DNA of 64,000 nucleotides from Candidatus Eiseniibacteriota bacterium. GTDB taxonomy: Bacteria > Eisenbacteria > RBG-16-71-46 > CAIMUX01 > VGJL01. The stretch is taken from positions 1 to 64,000 of the forward strand of contig JBHGAY010000026.1 of the NCBI GenBank assembly GCA_041946735.1, written 5' to 3'. Below the pieces are notes generated by a model that was given only the letters and a program-made list of their open reading frames with translations, made no database searches and had not been told where the DNA came from. Of this stretch, positions 1 to 9,582 are shown one piece after another. The translations under genes and the position numbers were made by a program. How positions within the stretch are numbered: the first letter of the stretch is position 1; each line of letters opens with the position of its first letter.

Positions 1-301
1 TGCCAAGCTCAGCTCGGTAGCCATGTAGCCGCGCGTACATGCCTGCCAAGCTCAGCTCGACAGCCATGTAGCCGCGCGTACATCACCACCGAGCTCAGCT
101 CGATAGTCATGTAGCCGCGCGTACATCCCTGCGAAGCTCAGCTCGATGACCATGTAGCCGCGCGTGCATCCCTGCCAAGCTCAGCTCGATAGTCATGTAG
201 CCGCGCGTACATCCCTGCCAAGCTCAGCTTGATAGCTATGTAGCCGCGCGTACATGCCTGCGAAGCTGAATTGGATAGGTTTGTAGGTGCGCCTACGTGC
301 C
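1..301. repeat. Tandem array of 43-bp units (6 conserved + 1 degenerate copy), probably continuing beyond the window edge
   Basis: Units start at 1, 44, 87, 130, 173, 216 and 259. Consensus TGCCAAGCTCAGCTCGATAGYCATGTAGCCGCGCGTACATCCC. No spacers. Internal inverted repeat ATGTA-N8-TACAT. Confidence 0.95.
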
Positions 302-321
302 TCCGCAGCTGAGGCGAGCGG

Positions 322-1101
322 CTACAGATTCCTATACCAGGCCCAGATACGCGGACCGACGAGCGCTGCAACGGCGGCCGCGGCGGCGAGGAACGTCCCG
401 AATGGGAGCTGCTCGCGCTTCTGGATCCGTTTCAACGAGAGCAGCGCGATCCCGACGGCCGAGCCGAGCATCGAGCCGAAGAAGAGCGTGAGAAGGACGC
501 CGCCCGGACCGAGGAAGGCGCCGACCATCGCGGCCATCTTCACGTCCCCCATTCCCATCCCCTCGACCTTGCGGAGGGCCCGGTAGGCCAGGGCGAGGGC
601 CAGCAGGATCCCGGCTCCGAGCGCGGCCCCGAAGAGCGCCTGCAGCCGCCCGACGCCGAGCAGCGGGGCGACCGCGATCCCGGCCACGATTCCGGGCAGA
701 GTGATGACGTCGGGAATGATCCGGTGGTCGTAATCGATCCAGGCGATCGCGAGCATGGCGAGCAGGAAGACCGACCGCACGACGGCCGCGCCCGGGTCCG
801 GCGACAGCGCCGCCGCGGCGAGGATCGCAACGCCTCCGAGGAGCTCGACGACCGGATAGCGCAGCGGGATCGGAGCGCGACAGGCGCCGCACCGTCCGCG
901 CAGCGCGACGTAGCTCCCGACGGGAACGTTCTGCCAGGGCTGGATCGCCGCCCCGCACGACGGGCAGTGGGATCCGGGACGCCAGAGAGACTCGCCGCGC
1001 GGCAGCCGATAAATGACTACATTCAGGAAGCTTCCGAAGCAGAGGCCGAGGAGGGCGAAGAAGAGGGGCGCCGCGGGGAGGGTTCGGGTCCAGTCGGGCA
1101 T
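322..1101 (-). CDS. pilD: Prepilin peptidase / N-methyltransferase (A24)
   Basis: GSFLNVVIYRLP, two CxxC pairs (SHCPSC, GRCGAC), DYDHRIIPD and GMGDVK aspartate motifs, LPFGTFL; last gene of the pil operon. Confidence 0.95.
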   Translation of the reverse strand: MPDWTRTLPAAPLFFALLGLCFGSFLNVVIYRLPRGESLWRPGSHCPSCGAAIQPWQNVPVGSYVALRGRCGACRAPIPLRYPVVELLGGVAILAAAALSPDPGAAVVRSVFLLAMLAIAWIDYDHRIIPDVITLPGIVAGIAVAPLLGVGRLQALFGAALGAGILLALALAYRALRKVEGMGMGDVKMAAMVGAFLGPGGVLLTLFFGSMLGSAVGIALLSLKRIQKREQLPFGTFLAAAAAVAALVGPRIWAWYRNL

Positions 1102-1128
1102 CGTTCGATTGCGGGAGCGCTCGCGCAG

Positions 1129-1611
1129 CTACGGAGCCGGGAGCGTCAACGCGCGCCCCGCCCCTGCCACCCGCACCCCGCTCTGCTCGATCGCCGCGAT
1201 CCTCCAGCCCTGGAAGGACTCCCCCTCGTGCAGCCAACCGGAAAGCTCTTCGCCAACGGCGAGCTTGACGCTCGGACGGACGTTGTCGAAGAGCAGGGCG
1301 CGCACGACGGGCGAGGCCTGAGCGGTTTCGCCCGACGCCGGCCGGGCGCCGCGGGACCCGGCGCCTCCGCCGATCGCCGGCGGCGGCCCGAGTGGGTCGC
1401 GCGACGGCGGCTCGATCGCCGCCAGCATGCTGTCGCTCTTCATCACCCGGGCGATCATGGGGTCCCGGCTGACGTTCCGGACGGCCTGCTGCTTGACCTC
1501 GCCGGCCCGGTGCACGGCGGTCGCCGACTGCTGGACGAGCCAGCCGAGCACGACGACTCCGCCGAGGAGAAAGATCATGACGCCCGTCGCCCGGAACCCG
1601 CCGCCTGCCAT
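1129..1611 (-). CDS. Single-TM pilus assembly protein, PilP/GspC-like by position
   Basis: N-terminal TM, DPLGPP motif, short C-terminal beta domain (LHEGESFQGWRIAAIEQSGV); lies between pilO and pilD. Confidence 0.6.
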   Translation of the reverse strand: MAGGGFRATGVMIFLLGGVVVLGWLVQQSATAVHRAGEVKQQAVRNVSRDPMIARVMKSDSMLAAIEPPSRDPLGPPPAIGGGAGSRGARPASGETAQASPVVRALLFDNVRPSVKLAVGEELSGWLHEGESFQGWRIAAIEQSGVRVAGAGRALTLPAP

Positions 1612-1614
1612 CCG

Positions 1615-2151
1615 CTAGTTCCCCCCCTCTGTCCCCTTGGGCAAAGGATCGTAGACCGACAGGCGCAGCCGCAGCTCGAGATCGCTCGATTCCGTGACCG
1701 GCTCGATCCGGATCGCCTCGACCGCGACCAGGCGCTCCCGCCGCTCGAGATCGAGCACGAGTCGCGAGATCTGCCGGTAGCTGCCGGTCGCGCGCACGAA
1801 CAGCGAAGTGTGGCGGACCCCGCCCAGATCGGAGTTCGACGTCGTCCCCAGCTCCAGCCGGTGCAAGCCGGAAGCGTCGACGGCATCGCCGATCATGGCG
1901 ACGGCGTCGGCGCGCGGCCCAAACGACGCCGAGTCGTCCATGCCGAGCGCTTCGAGCCTCTGCCGCTCGAGGTCGGAGCGCATTCGCCTGTCCGCAGCCG
2001 TCTGCAAGAGCTGGGTGCGCTGCGCGGCGAGCGCCCGCACCCGGTTCTGCTGGGGCTGCACGAGAGCGAGATGGATCACGATCCCGGCAACGAGGAGCCC
2101 CGTCCCCGCCACGATCGTCAGTGCCCGGCGCGTTTGGGGAAGGAGCTTCAT
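1615..2151 (-). CDS. pilO: Type IV pilus assembly protein PilO/GspM-like
   Basis: ATG at 2151 overlaps the upstream stop (ATGA). TM, coiled coil, then GSYRQISRLVLDLERRERLVAVE, typical of PilO. The ORF-track N-terminal extension is not used. Confidence 0.75.
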   Translation of the reverse strand: MKLLPQTRRALTIVAGTGLLVAGIVIHLALVQPQQNRVRALAAQRTQLLQTAADRRMRSDLERQRLEALGMDDSASFGPRADAVAMIGDAVDASGLHRLELGTTSNSDLGGVRHTSLFVRATGSYRQISRLVLDLERRERLVAVEAIRIEPVTESSDLELRLRLSVYDPLPKGTEGGN

Positions 2152-3668
2152 GAGTCCTTCCTCGCCGGCTCGCAGGTGATCCGGAATACCTGGCTCACCT
2201 CGCCCTCCCCGGCCTCCAGCGTGCCGAGACGGATCTTCGGGAAGTCGCGGGCCAGACCGGGCTCGGAGCGCAGCCCGTCGAGGAACGAGGAGACGGAGGC
2301 CATGTCCGCACGGGGATCGAGGAGGATCCCGGAGAAGTCGAGCTTGCGATCCCCGGCGGCGGAGCCGCCCCCGCCCGCGCCCACCTGTCCCTCGACCTCC
2401 GTCAAACGGAGCGTGCGCGGAATCGCCTCGGACAGGGCGGCCAACTTTGGGGACCACTCCATCCGGGCGCTACGGAGCGCCAGGAGCCTCTCCAGGCGCG
2501 GGTCGGCCTGCTTGGCCGGCAGCGCCCGATTCGTCTGGTCGATCCTCGTGTTCTCCGCCTGGAGCGCATCAGCCCGGCCCTTGAGCATCAACCCGTTCAA
2601 GAAGAGCAGGCCGACCAACGCGGCCTCGACGGTGACGAGCGTCGTCGCGATCGCTGCCCTCCCCAGGCGGCGTTTCAGGGCGCGCTGGCGCTCCTCGCGC
2701 TCCGGGTAGAAGTTCAGCGCCGCGCCGTCCTCCCACCAGCGCGCCAGGCCGCAGGCGACGGCGAAGCGAGGGGCATCGGCCGCAAGGGCCCGCACGGGCG
2801 CGGGAAGGTCCTGGACGCCCGCGAAGGGATCGACGGGACGCACCGGCACTCCTAGCGCTGCCTGGAGCTTCTGCGCCAGATCAGGGTCGAAACCGGAGGC
2901 CGAGGCCGGGTCGAGCGCGATCAGCCCGAGGCAGGAAAGCGGCTCGCGCGAACGGCTGCGGAAGAAGACGAGCGTCTCGCGGACCGCGCGGACCAGATCG
3001 TCGGTGCCACCTTCGCGGTCCGGCGCCGTGCCGAGGCTTCGGACCAGCCGTCCTCCCCCTTCCGCCCCGATCGCGAGAAAGCTCCCCGAAGCGGTCTGCT
3101 CGATGACGCCCGCGGAGAACCCGGTCGAGGGGAGCGTCGCGAAGAGCGCCCGGAGACCGGCAAGGGGGCCCGGCTCGAGAACCACCGGATGGATTCCGGC
3201 GAGCGATGAGGCCTCCAGGACGGAGTTGCGAGCTTCGGGGCGGCAGGCGCCGAGCAGCACGCGCCTGCGCTCCGGGCCTCCTTCTTCCTCTGGCGGGGCG
3301 GGACCGAGGATGCGGCCGTCGAGGATCGAGGAGGACGCGACGTCCGGCCCGAACTCGCGGCGCGCCTCGTAGCCGATCGCGGCCCGCAGCTCTTCGGGCG
3401 TCGAAGGGGGCAGGACGATCTCGCTCAGCTCCAGGCCGTCAGCGGGGAACGACGCCGCGATCGTTCCGAGACGGCTGGGCGACAGGTGCAGGCGGCGGAG
3501 GAGGCGTTGCAGCGCGTCGGCGGCGGCGCGAGGGTCATCCCCCGAGCCTCCGGCGGAGGGACGAATCGGCTCTTCGCCGGCGTGCGTGATCCGGTCGATC
3601 CGGAGCGAGCCGTCGGCGCGGACAAGCGCGATCCCGTCGGCCCGGAAATCGATCCCTGTTCGAATCAT
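2148..3668 (-). CDS. pilM: Fused PilM-PilN (GspL-like) pilus alignment protein
   Basis: N-terminal actin-like PilM (GIDF start, ends AVACGLAR) runs in frame into a PilN-like LNFYP motif, TM, coiled coil and WSPKLAALSEAIPRTLRLTEV. Confidence 0.75.
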   Translation of the reverse strand: MIRTGIDFRADGIALVRADGSLRIDRITHAGEEPIRPSAGGSGDDPRAAADALQRLLRRLHLSPSRLGTIAASFPADGLELSEIVLPPSTPEELRAAIGYEARREFGPDVASSSILDGRILGPAPPEEEGGPERRRVLLGACRPEARNSVLEASSLAGIHPVVLEPGPLAGLRALFATLPSTGFSAGVIEQTASGSFLAIGAEGGGRLVRSLGTAPDREGGTDDLVRAVRETLVFFRSRSREPLSCLGLIALDPASASGFDPDLAQKLQAALGVPVRPVDPFAGVQDLPAPVRALAADAPRFAVACGLARWWEDGAALNFYPEREERQRALKRRLGRAAIATTLVTVEAALVGLLFLNGLMLKGRADALQAENTRIDQTNRALPAKQADPRLERLLALRSARMEWSPKLAALSEAIPRTLRLTEVEGQVGAGGGGSAAGDRKLDFSGILLDPRADMASVSSFLDGLRSEPGLARDFPKIRLGTLEAGEGEVSQVFRITCEPARKDS

Positions 3669-3702
3669 CGAATCGGGTGGTCCCTCGATCCGTCGCGCTC
3701 GC

Positions 3703-5001
3703 TCAGTTCAGGCTCGCCGTCTCTCTCCAGCGCAGGATCTTCATCGACCCGGAAACTCCCTGAGCCCAGTCCTCGAAGAAGTCCGGAAGGATCTCCAACA
3801 GGTCCGGATCATACACCAGGGTGATTCCGCCTTGGCTGCTCCAATTGCGTAGGCAGATGATCGTCCCGACGAGCTGCCAGTTCGCGTTGACCGAGATGGC
3901 ATCTCGCGTCACATAGACGAGCGCGGGACGATCCGTCGTCCCCATTTCGACGAGGGCGCCTCCGGAGCGCTCGAAGTCGTGAGCGATGACGGCGATGCCG
4001 TTGTCGGGCTCCCACTTGATGCGCTGCACGGTGGTGAGCTTGCCGCTCCAGAAGTTCCAGTCCAGCCGGTCTTCCACTGTGACGCCGAGGAATTTCGTGT
4101 TGATGACGGTCGCGTGCAGGTCGTAGTCGGCCGCGAAGACCAGGCTCGGCTGATCGGCGAACTCGGCGAAGTTCAGGACGACGGCGTCCTTCCCGGCCGG
4201 CTTTGCGAAAGGGCGGCTCGGATCGCATAGGAGGACCAGGTCGGCCGTCTGGAACGTGAACGTGTATCCGTTGATCGGATGGTGGGACACGATGCCTGTG
4301 CCGGTGAACGGATCGCCCAGAGCCGCCGTGACGTCGACCTTGTTCCTGTCATAGATCTTCGCGCTGTACTTCACCGGCGGCCCGGGAATCGTGACAGGTT
4401 GGATGTAGTAGTACAACGCGTTCGGATAGTGGGCAGGATCTACGTAGATCGGCGGCGGCGTGATGTAGAAGCCCTCGGTGTACTCGGTGTCGCAGCTCAG
4501 GTGGCCGTCGTTCGGGCCAAAGTACCCGTCGCCGTTGACGTGGACGAGACCGTCCAGGCACATGTTGCCGCCGACGTCCGCGTCCCCCATTACGAGCATG
4601 ACCTCGCCGAGCCCCGTCGGCGGAACCTCGGCAAGCACCTCGATCGCGCGGTTGGCGACCTCTACGTGTCCGGTCGAGATCACCTTGACGACTTTGGGGC
4701 GGCCGGCGTAGGTCGTGTCGCGCACCGTCACGTCATAGGTGCCCTGCCCGAGCGCGGCGTCGCTCCACCCGTCCCGCCAGGTACGGTCGTCGAGGAACTT
4801 GGCACGCGCCCTCTCGATCCCTCCGTCGGCGAGGTAGAACGCCTCCGACGAGTGCTCACGGTAGAGCGCCTGACGGGTCTCATAGGAGGCCATTGCGAAG
4901 ACGCCGGCGCCGACGATGATCACGATGAAGGCGAAGATCGTCGCGGTGAGGAGCGCGAACCCCTCTTCGCGACGCCTGGGCTCCTGCCTCTGATGTGCCA
5001 T
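3703..5001 (-). CDS. PilX/GspK-like minor pilin with a large C-terminal domain
   Basis: Class III leader RRREEG/FALLT without Glu5; AFYLADGGIERA is typical of the PilX N-terminal region. Confidence 0.75.
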   Translation of the reverse strand: MAHQRQEPRRREEGFALLTATIFAFIVIIVGAGVFAMASYETRQALYREHSSEAFYLADGGIERARAKFLDDRTWRDGWSDAALGQGTYDVTVRDTTYAGRPKVVKVISTGHVEVANRAIEVLAEVPPTGLGEVMLVMGDADVGGNMCLDGLVHVNGDGYFGPNDGHLSCDTEYTEGFYITPPPIYVDPAHYPNALYYYIQPVTIPGPPVKYSAKIYDRNKVDVTAALGDPFTGTGIVSHHPINGYTFTFQTADLVLLCDPSRPFAKPAGKDAVVLNFAEFADQPSLVFAADYDLHATVINTKFLGVTVEDRLDWNFWSGKLTTVQRIKWEPDNGIAVIAHDFERSGGALVEMGTTDRPALVYVTRDAISVNANWQLVGTIICLRNWSSQGGITLVYDPDLLEILPDFFEDWAQGVSGSMKILRWRETASLN

Positions 5002-5010
5002 GGCCCCTCC

Positions 5011-5496
5011 TCAGAAGATGAAGTGCCGGTTGCGTACTGCGCATTGCGTCACCGCGGCCACCCTGTTCCCGGAGTTGTCCTCCAGCTCCAGCTCGATTCG
5101 CACGCTGGTCCTATCTGCGTTCGGAGTGACCAGGAATCGGTTGCAGCGGCGGTCGACGAGGGTCTTGAGGTTCTCACGGAGTCGGGGAGACCCGTTCACC
5201 TGGGCGACATCGAACTTGTACTTCACGGTCTTGTGCTGATCGTAAACCTCGAAGGAGTTGTAGGGGGGCGAGCCTGCCAGCATCGTGATGCCCCAGGCCC
5301 CCCGTACGCGCCTCTCGACCCACTCCACGGCCTCGGTGGTGTTCGCCTGGAGCATGGTCTTGTCCCGCGTCCATCTCCACGACCTCTGGCTCTGTAGGAT
5401 GATCGCCCCGAGCGCGAGGACGACAATGAGCGCGAGGAAGCACGCGAGCATCAGCTCGAGGATCGTGTACCCGCGTGCCCCGCGCGCGACTCTCAT
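5011..5496 (-). CDS. Minor pilin, PilW-like
   Basis: Leader MRVARGARG/YTILELM with Glu5; ATG overlaps the upstream stop (ATGA). Confidence 0.8.
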   Translation of the reverse strand: MRVARGARGYTILELMLACFLALIVVLALGAIILQSQRSWRWTRDKTMLQANTTEAVEWVERRVRGAWGITMLAGSPPYNSFEVYDQHKTVKYKFDVAQVNGSPRLRENLKTLVDRRCNRFLVTPNADRTSVRIELELEDNSGNRVAAVTQCAVRNRHFIF

Positions 5497-5939
5497 GGCA
5501 TCCCCCGCCCGAGCATCGTGGTCGTTTCGTGCTGGCGGACCACGTCGTGGTCGCCGACCCGGGCGTTCCATTGGACGGTGATCCGAATGGTGTCCGCCTG
5601 GAGAGAGTCCGGGTCGGCGAGCCTTCCGACGACGTGGTGGACCGTGTAGGTCCGATTGTCGGACACGATCGTCGTGTCCGTGTTGTCGAGTATCGGTAGC
5701 GTCTCGAAGTGGTAGTCGCGCCGGATCCGGTCGAGCCGAGCCTGAGCGACGGCCGTCGCCTTGCGGCGATCCTCCTCGTAGTCGATCTGCGTGCGCCCCC
5801 TCGTGAACGCGGCCGTGAGACCGAAGAACACGAGGATGAGCAGCATCGCGGCGATCATCACCTCGAGGAGGGAGAAGCCCCTCTGCGTACTGAGGGACCA
5901 CCGCCGACCAAAGCCTGGGGCGACTACCTTGCCCAGCAT
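5493..5939 (-). CDS. Minor pilin, PilV-like
   Basis: QRG/FSLLEVMIA N-methylation motif followed by a hydrophobic helix. Confidence 0.8.
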   Translation of the reverse strand: MLGKVVAPGFGRRWSLSTQRGFSLLEVMIAAMLLILVFFGLTAAFTRGRTQIDYEEDRRKATAVAQARLDRIRRDYHFETLPILDNTDTTIVSDNRTYTVHHVVGRLADPDSLQADTIRITVQWNARVGDHDVVRQHETTTMLGRGMP

Positions 5940-5942
5940 GCG

Positions 5943-6389
5943 CTACAGACCAGTGGGAATAGACACGGTGCCAGTAGCTCCAATGTTAGGCACCTCCATA
6001 AGGACCTGAACACCGGCCATCTTGGCCTTCCCGGTTGCCCGGACCTGGAACTCGCCGGTGGTCGCATCGCCGTGGGCAGATTCAATCGCGTAGTCGAAAT
6101 TGTCTGTGCCGGTCATGTCCATGACGCCCCTGTCGAGGCCCGTCGCATCGGTCTGGTCCGGCCAGGTCGGGTGACTGGTGTTCGCGTCGACATGCTCCTG
6201 AGCCCAGGCCTTGCCAGAAGTCACGATTTCTCCCAAACGCCCGGTCGCCTCGGTCACTCTCGAGTTCTTCACGTAGCGTCCGTACACCGGGATCGCGATG
6301 GCGGCCAGAACGCCGACGATGACGACCACCACCATCAGTTCGATCATCGTGAAGCCCTTCTGGCCGGACTTCCTACGGAAACGGTTCAT
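5943..6389 (-). CDS. pilA: Type IV pilin, probably the major pilin (PilA/PilE-like)
   Basis: [45 protein letters not shown] upstream of the ATG at 6389. Confidence 0.85.
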   Translation of the reverse strand: MNRFRRKSGQKGFTMIELMVVVVIVGVLAAIAIPVYGRYVKNSRVTEATGRLGEIVTSGKAWAQEHVDANTSHPTWPDQTDATGLDRGVMDMTGTDNFDYAIESAHGDATTGEFQVRATGKAKMAGVQVLMEVPNIGATGTVSIPTGL

Positions 6390-6512
6390 TGCGTCGATCC
6401 TCCTGCGGCCCCCCTGAGGGCAGCGGGTTCTCGCCCCCGGCATCCCCTCCTGCGAGACGCGCCTGCCGGGGAGGAAAGGCGCACCCGCGGTGAACATCGA
6501 CCGGGACGCGAT

Positions 6513-7757
6513 CTACATGTTGGCTCCGCCCTTCATGATTGCGTCCCCCATGTAAAAAATCGGGAGGAACATCGCGACGACGATGATCCCGATCAGCGCG
6601 CCCACAATCACGATCATGGCCGGCTCGATCAACGAGGCGAGACCCTCGACCGCCGCCTCGACCTCGCGGTCATAGAAGTCGGACACCTTCAGCAGCATTG
6701 CGTCCATCTGCCCCGACTCCTCGCCTGTCGCCATCATCTGCAACACCATTTCCGGGAATTTGCCGGTCGCCCGGAAGGAGGCGGTGACGCCGTGCCCCTG
6801 CTCGATCGAGCGCTTGGCGTCGTCGATCCCTTTTGACACGACCTCGTTCCCTGCCGCTCCCTTCACGAGCTCCAGCGCCTCGAGGATCGGCAGACCGCTC
6901 CGCGTCAGAACGCCAAAGGTCCGCGCGAAGCGACTCATCACCGCCTTGCGGATGATCGGCCCGAAGAGCGGCATCCGGATCAGGAAGAGATCCTTCGCGT
7001 AACGACCGGAGCGCGTCCTCGTGACCATGTAGAGCGTCAGGATCACGGCCAGGGTGATGACGATCGATGCAAGCACATTGGCACGGATCGCCGCCGAGGC
7101 GGCGACGACCGCCCGCGTCAGCGCCGGCAGCTGCTGCCCGAGCTGCGTGTAGATGTCGTCGAACGCCGGCACGACCTTCAGCAGCAGGAAGATCCCCGCC
7201 AGTACCACGAACACGAGCACGAAGACCGGGTACGCCATCGCTGAGCGCACCTTGGTGCGGATGGCGTCGGTTTTCTCGAGGTAGACAGCGAGCTGGTCGA
7301 GCATGGCGTCCAGCGTCCCGGCGCGCTCTCCCGCCCGCACCAGGCTCAAGTACATCTTGTTGAAGATGCCCGGCTGCGCCGCCATCGCATCACTGATCGA
7401 GCTGCCTCCCTCGATCCGGGCCGCGACGTCGCCGATCGCCCGCCGCATCACGCGGCCGCTCGCGTCGGCCGCCAGGCCCCGCAGCCCCCGCGCGAGCGGA
7501 ATTCCCGCCTCGAGCACGGTCGCGAACTGCCTGGTGAAGAGGGCAAGGGCGCGCACGCTGATCGAGCCGACGTTGGTGTGCGCCATCTTGTCGAGGAACG
7601 AGCGCGCTGAGCTGGCGCCCCGCGCCTCGCGCACGTTCACGACCATCAATCCCTGGTCGTGAAGAACCTGGACCGCCTCGTCGATGGTCGCGGCCGCGAG
7701 CATCCCGGAGCGCTCGTCGCCCCGCCCGCTCTTGGCCACGTAGGAGAAACTCGGCAT
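6513..7757 (-). CDS. pilC: Type IV pilus platform protein (T2SS F family)
   Basis: FTRQFATVLEAGIPL, GERAGTLD, AMAYP, GEESGQMD, LIEP, AMFLPIF. Confidence 0.95.
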   Translation of the reverse strand: MPSFSYVAKSGRGDERSGMLAAATIDEAVQVLHDQGLMVVNVREARGASSARSFLDKMAHTNVGSISVRALALFTRQFATVLEAGIPLARGLRGLAADASGRVMRRAIGDVAARIEGGSSISDAMAAQPGIFNKMYLSLVRAGERAGTLDAMLDQLAVYLEKTDAIRTKVRSAMAYPVFVLVFVVLAGIFLLLKVVPAFDDIYTQLGQQLPALTRAVVAASAAIRANVLASIVITLAVILTLYMVTRTRSGRYAKDLFLIRMPLFGPIIRKAVMSRFARTFGVLTRSGLPILEALELVKGAAGNEVVSKGIDDAKRSIEQGHGVTASFRATGKFPEMVLQMMATGEESGQMDAMLLKVSDFYDREVEAAVEGLASLIEPAMIVIVGALIGIIVVAMFLPIFYMGDAIMKGGANM

Positions 7758-7854
7758 CGTCTATCGCCCCTCGCCTTGTCCCGGCTCTGAACTACTCCCT
7801 ATTCCGGCCGCCCAACCTCTGTCTCACTCCGACCCGCGTCTTGCCCGGGCCGGC

Positions 7855-9582
7855 TTACTCGTCGCTCAACGTAACGCGCAGAACCTCATCGAGCGTCGTG
7901 ACGCCATCGCGCGCCTTCTGGATGCCGTTCTCGCGCAGGCTCATCATTCCTTCGGCGACCGCCTGCGCGCGGATCTCGTCCGCGGAACGGTTCTCGCTGA
8001 CCAGCCGGCGGAGCGCCGGCGTGATCGGCATCATCTCCACGATCGCGACACGTCCCATGTAGCCGCGTCCCTTGCAGATCGCGCAGCCCTTCCCCTTGAG
8101 CCAGGCCGACGCCGCGTGCGGCCCTTCCCCGTTCAGTCCCAGGGCCAACAGGATCTCCTCGTCCGGCTTGTACTCCTCCAGGCAATGCTTGCAGGTGCGC
8201 CGCACGAGCCGCTGTGCCGCGACGATCGTCAAGGCGCTCGCGGCCAGGAACGACTCGACGCCCATCGAGACGAGCCGCGTGGCCGTCGAGGGGGCGTCGT
8301 TCGCGTGAATCGTCGTCAGCACCAGGTGCCCGGTGAGCGCGGCGCGGACGGCGATCTCGGCGGTGTCACGGTCCCGAACCTCTCCCACCATGATCACGTC
8401 GGGATCCTGGCGGAGGAACGAGCGCAGGGCCGTGCCGAACGTCACCTTCTTCCGCTCGTTGACCTGCACCTGGTTGATCCGGTCGATTTGGTACTCGACC
8501 GGGTCCTCGACGGTCGTGATGTTCGTCGTCTGGTTGCGGATCTCGAGGAGTCCCGCGTAGAGCGTGGTCGACTTGCCCGAGCCGGTCGGGCCGGAGAGCA
8601 GGATCATTCCGTAGGGGTGATGTAGCGCGCGCAACATCGCCTTGTAGTGCGCCTCGGAATAGCCGAGGTCGCGCAGCGAGAACCGGAAGCCGGTCTTATC
8701 GAGCAGCCGCAACACCGCCTTCTCGCCATGGATCGTCGGAATGATCGAGACACGGACGTCCACCTCCCGGCCGTTGGCCCGGTAGGTGAAACGCCCATCC
8801 TGCGCCGCCCGCCGCTCGGCGATGTCCAGGTTCGAAAGGATCTTGATACGGCTGATCGTGCCCGTGTAGATCTCGCGCCCGCGGTCGATCGCGTCGAAGA
8901 GCATCCCATCGACCCGGTAGCGGATGACCAGCCCCTGCCTTTGCGGCTCGACATGGATGTCGGTCGCGCGATCCGACAGCGCCTGCTCGAGGATCTGCTC
9001 CACGAGCTGGATGACCGCCTGATCTTCGGCCCGGCGCCGGGCGTCGCCCTTTTCTTCTTCTTCCTCTTCGATCGTCGGACCGGAAGAGAAGCTGGACGAC
9101 ACGGTCTCGATGAGACGATCGACGGAGCGCTTCCCCTCGGCCATCCGATAGTGCAGGTCGATCGCCTTCTCGATGTCCCCGCGGGTCGCGACGAGCGTCT
9201 CGAGCTTCTTCTGCTCGCGGGTCGCGATCCGGCGCATCCGGTCCACCGCGACGATGTTCAAGGGATCCACGAGCGCGACCGTGAGGGAGCCGTTCTGGAT
9301 GCGGACGGGAAGCAGGAGCTGGGCACGCGCAAAGTCCACCGGGACGAAGTCCAGCGCGCGCGGGTCGACGGCATCCCGGGAGGGATCGAAACGCCCGTAG
9401 CCGTACTGAAGGGCGAGCCCGTCGGCCAGAGCGCTCTCCCCGATCCATCCACGGCGGAGTAGAATCTCCCCCAGCCGCTCGCGGGTAACGCTTTGCTCTT
9501 CGAGCGCTTCCTCGATCTGGGTCGCCGTGACGGCTCCGCCTTCTAGCAGGAGGACCCCGAGCATCGGCATGCCGGGTCTCAT
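7855..9582 (-). CDS. pilB: Type IV pilus assembly ATPase with N-terminal MshEN domain
   Basis: ATDIHVEP, Walker A GPTGSGKS, TVEDPVEY, LRQDPDVIMVGEVRD, TGHLVLTTIH, tetracysteine CKHC/CAIC. Confidence 0.95.
   Translation of the reverse strand: MRPGMPMLGVLLLEGGAVTATQIEEALEEQSVTRERLGEILLRRGWIGESALADGLALQYGYGRFDPSRDAVDPRALDFVPVDFARAQLLLPVRIQNGSLTVALVDPLNIVAVDRMRRIATREQKKLETLVATRGDIEKAIDLHYRMAEGKRSVDRLIETVSSSFSSGPTIEEEEEEKGDARRRAEDQAVIQLVEQILEQALSDRATDIHVEPQRQGLVIRYRVDGMLFDAIDRGREIYTGTISRIKILSNLDIAERRAAQDGRFTYRANGREVDVRVSIIPTIHGEKAVLRLLDKTGFRFSLRDLGYSEAHYKAMLRALHHPYGMILLSGPTGSGKSTTLYAGLLEIRNQTTNITTVEDPVEYQIDRINQVQVNERKKVTFGTALRSFLRQDPDVIMVGEVRDRDTAEIAVRAALTGHLVLTTIHANDAPSTATRLVSMGVESFLAASALTIVAAQRLVRRTCKHCLEEYKPDEEILLALGLNGEGPHAASAWLKGKGCAICKGRGYMGRVAIVEMMPITPALRRLVSENRSADEIRAQAVAEGMMSLRENGIQKARDGVTTLDEVLRVTLSDE

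Noticed and set aside
1..301. CRISPR array
   Set aside because: Units are head-to-tail with no unique spacers, and no cas genes are in the window.
724..2709. 661-aa plus-strand ORF
   Set aside because: Antisense shadow of the pil genes; Arg/Pro/Ala-rich with no motifs.
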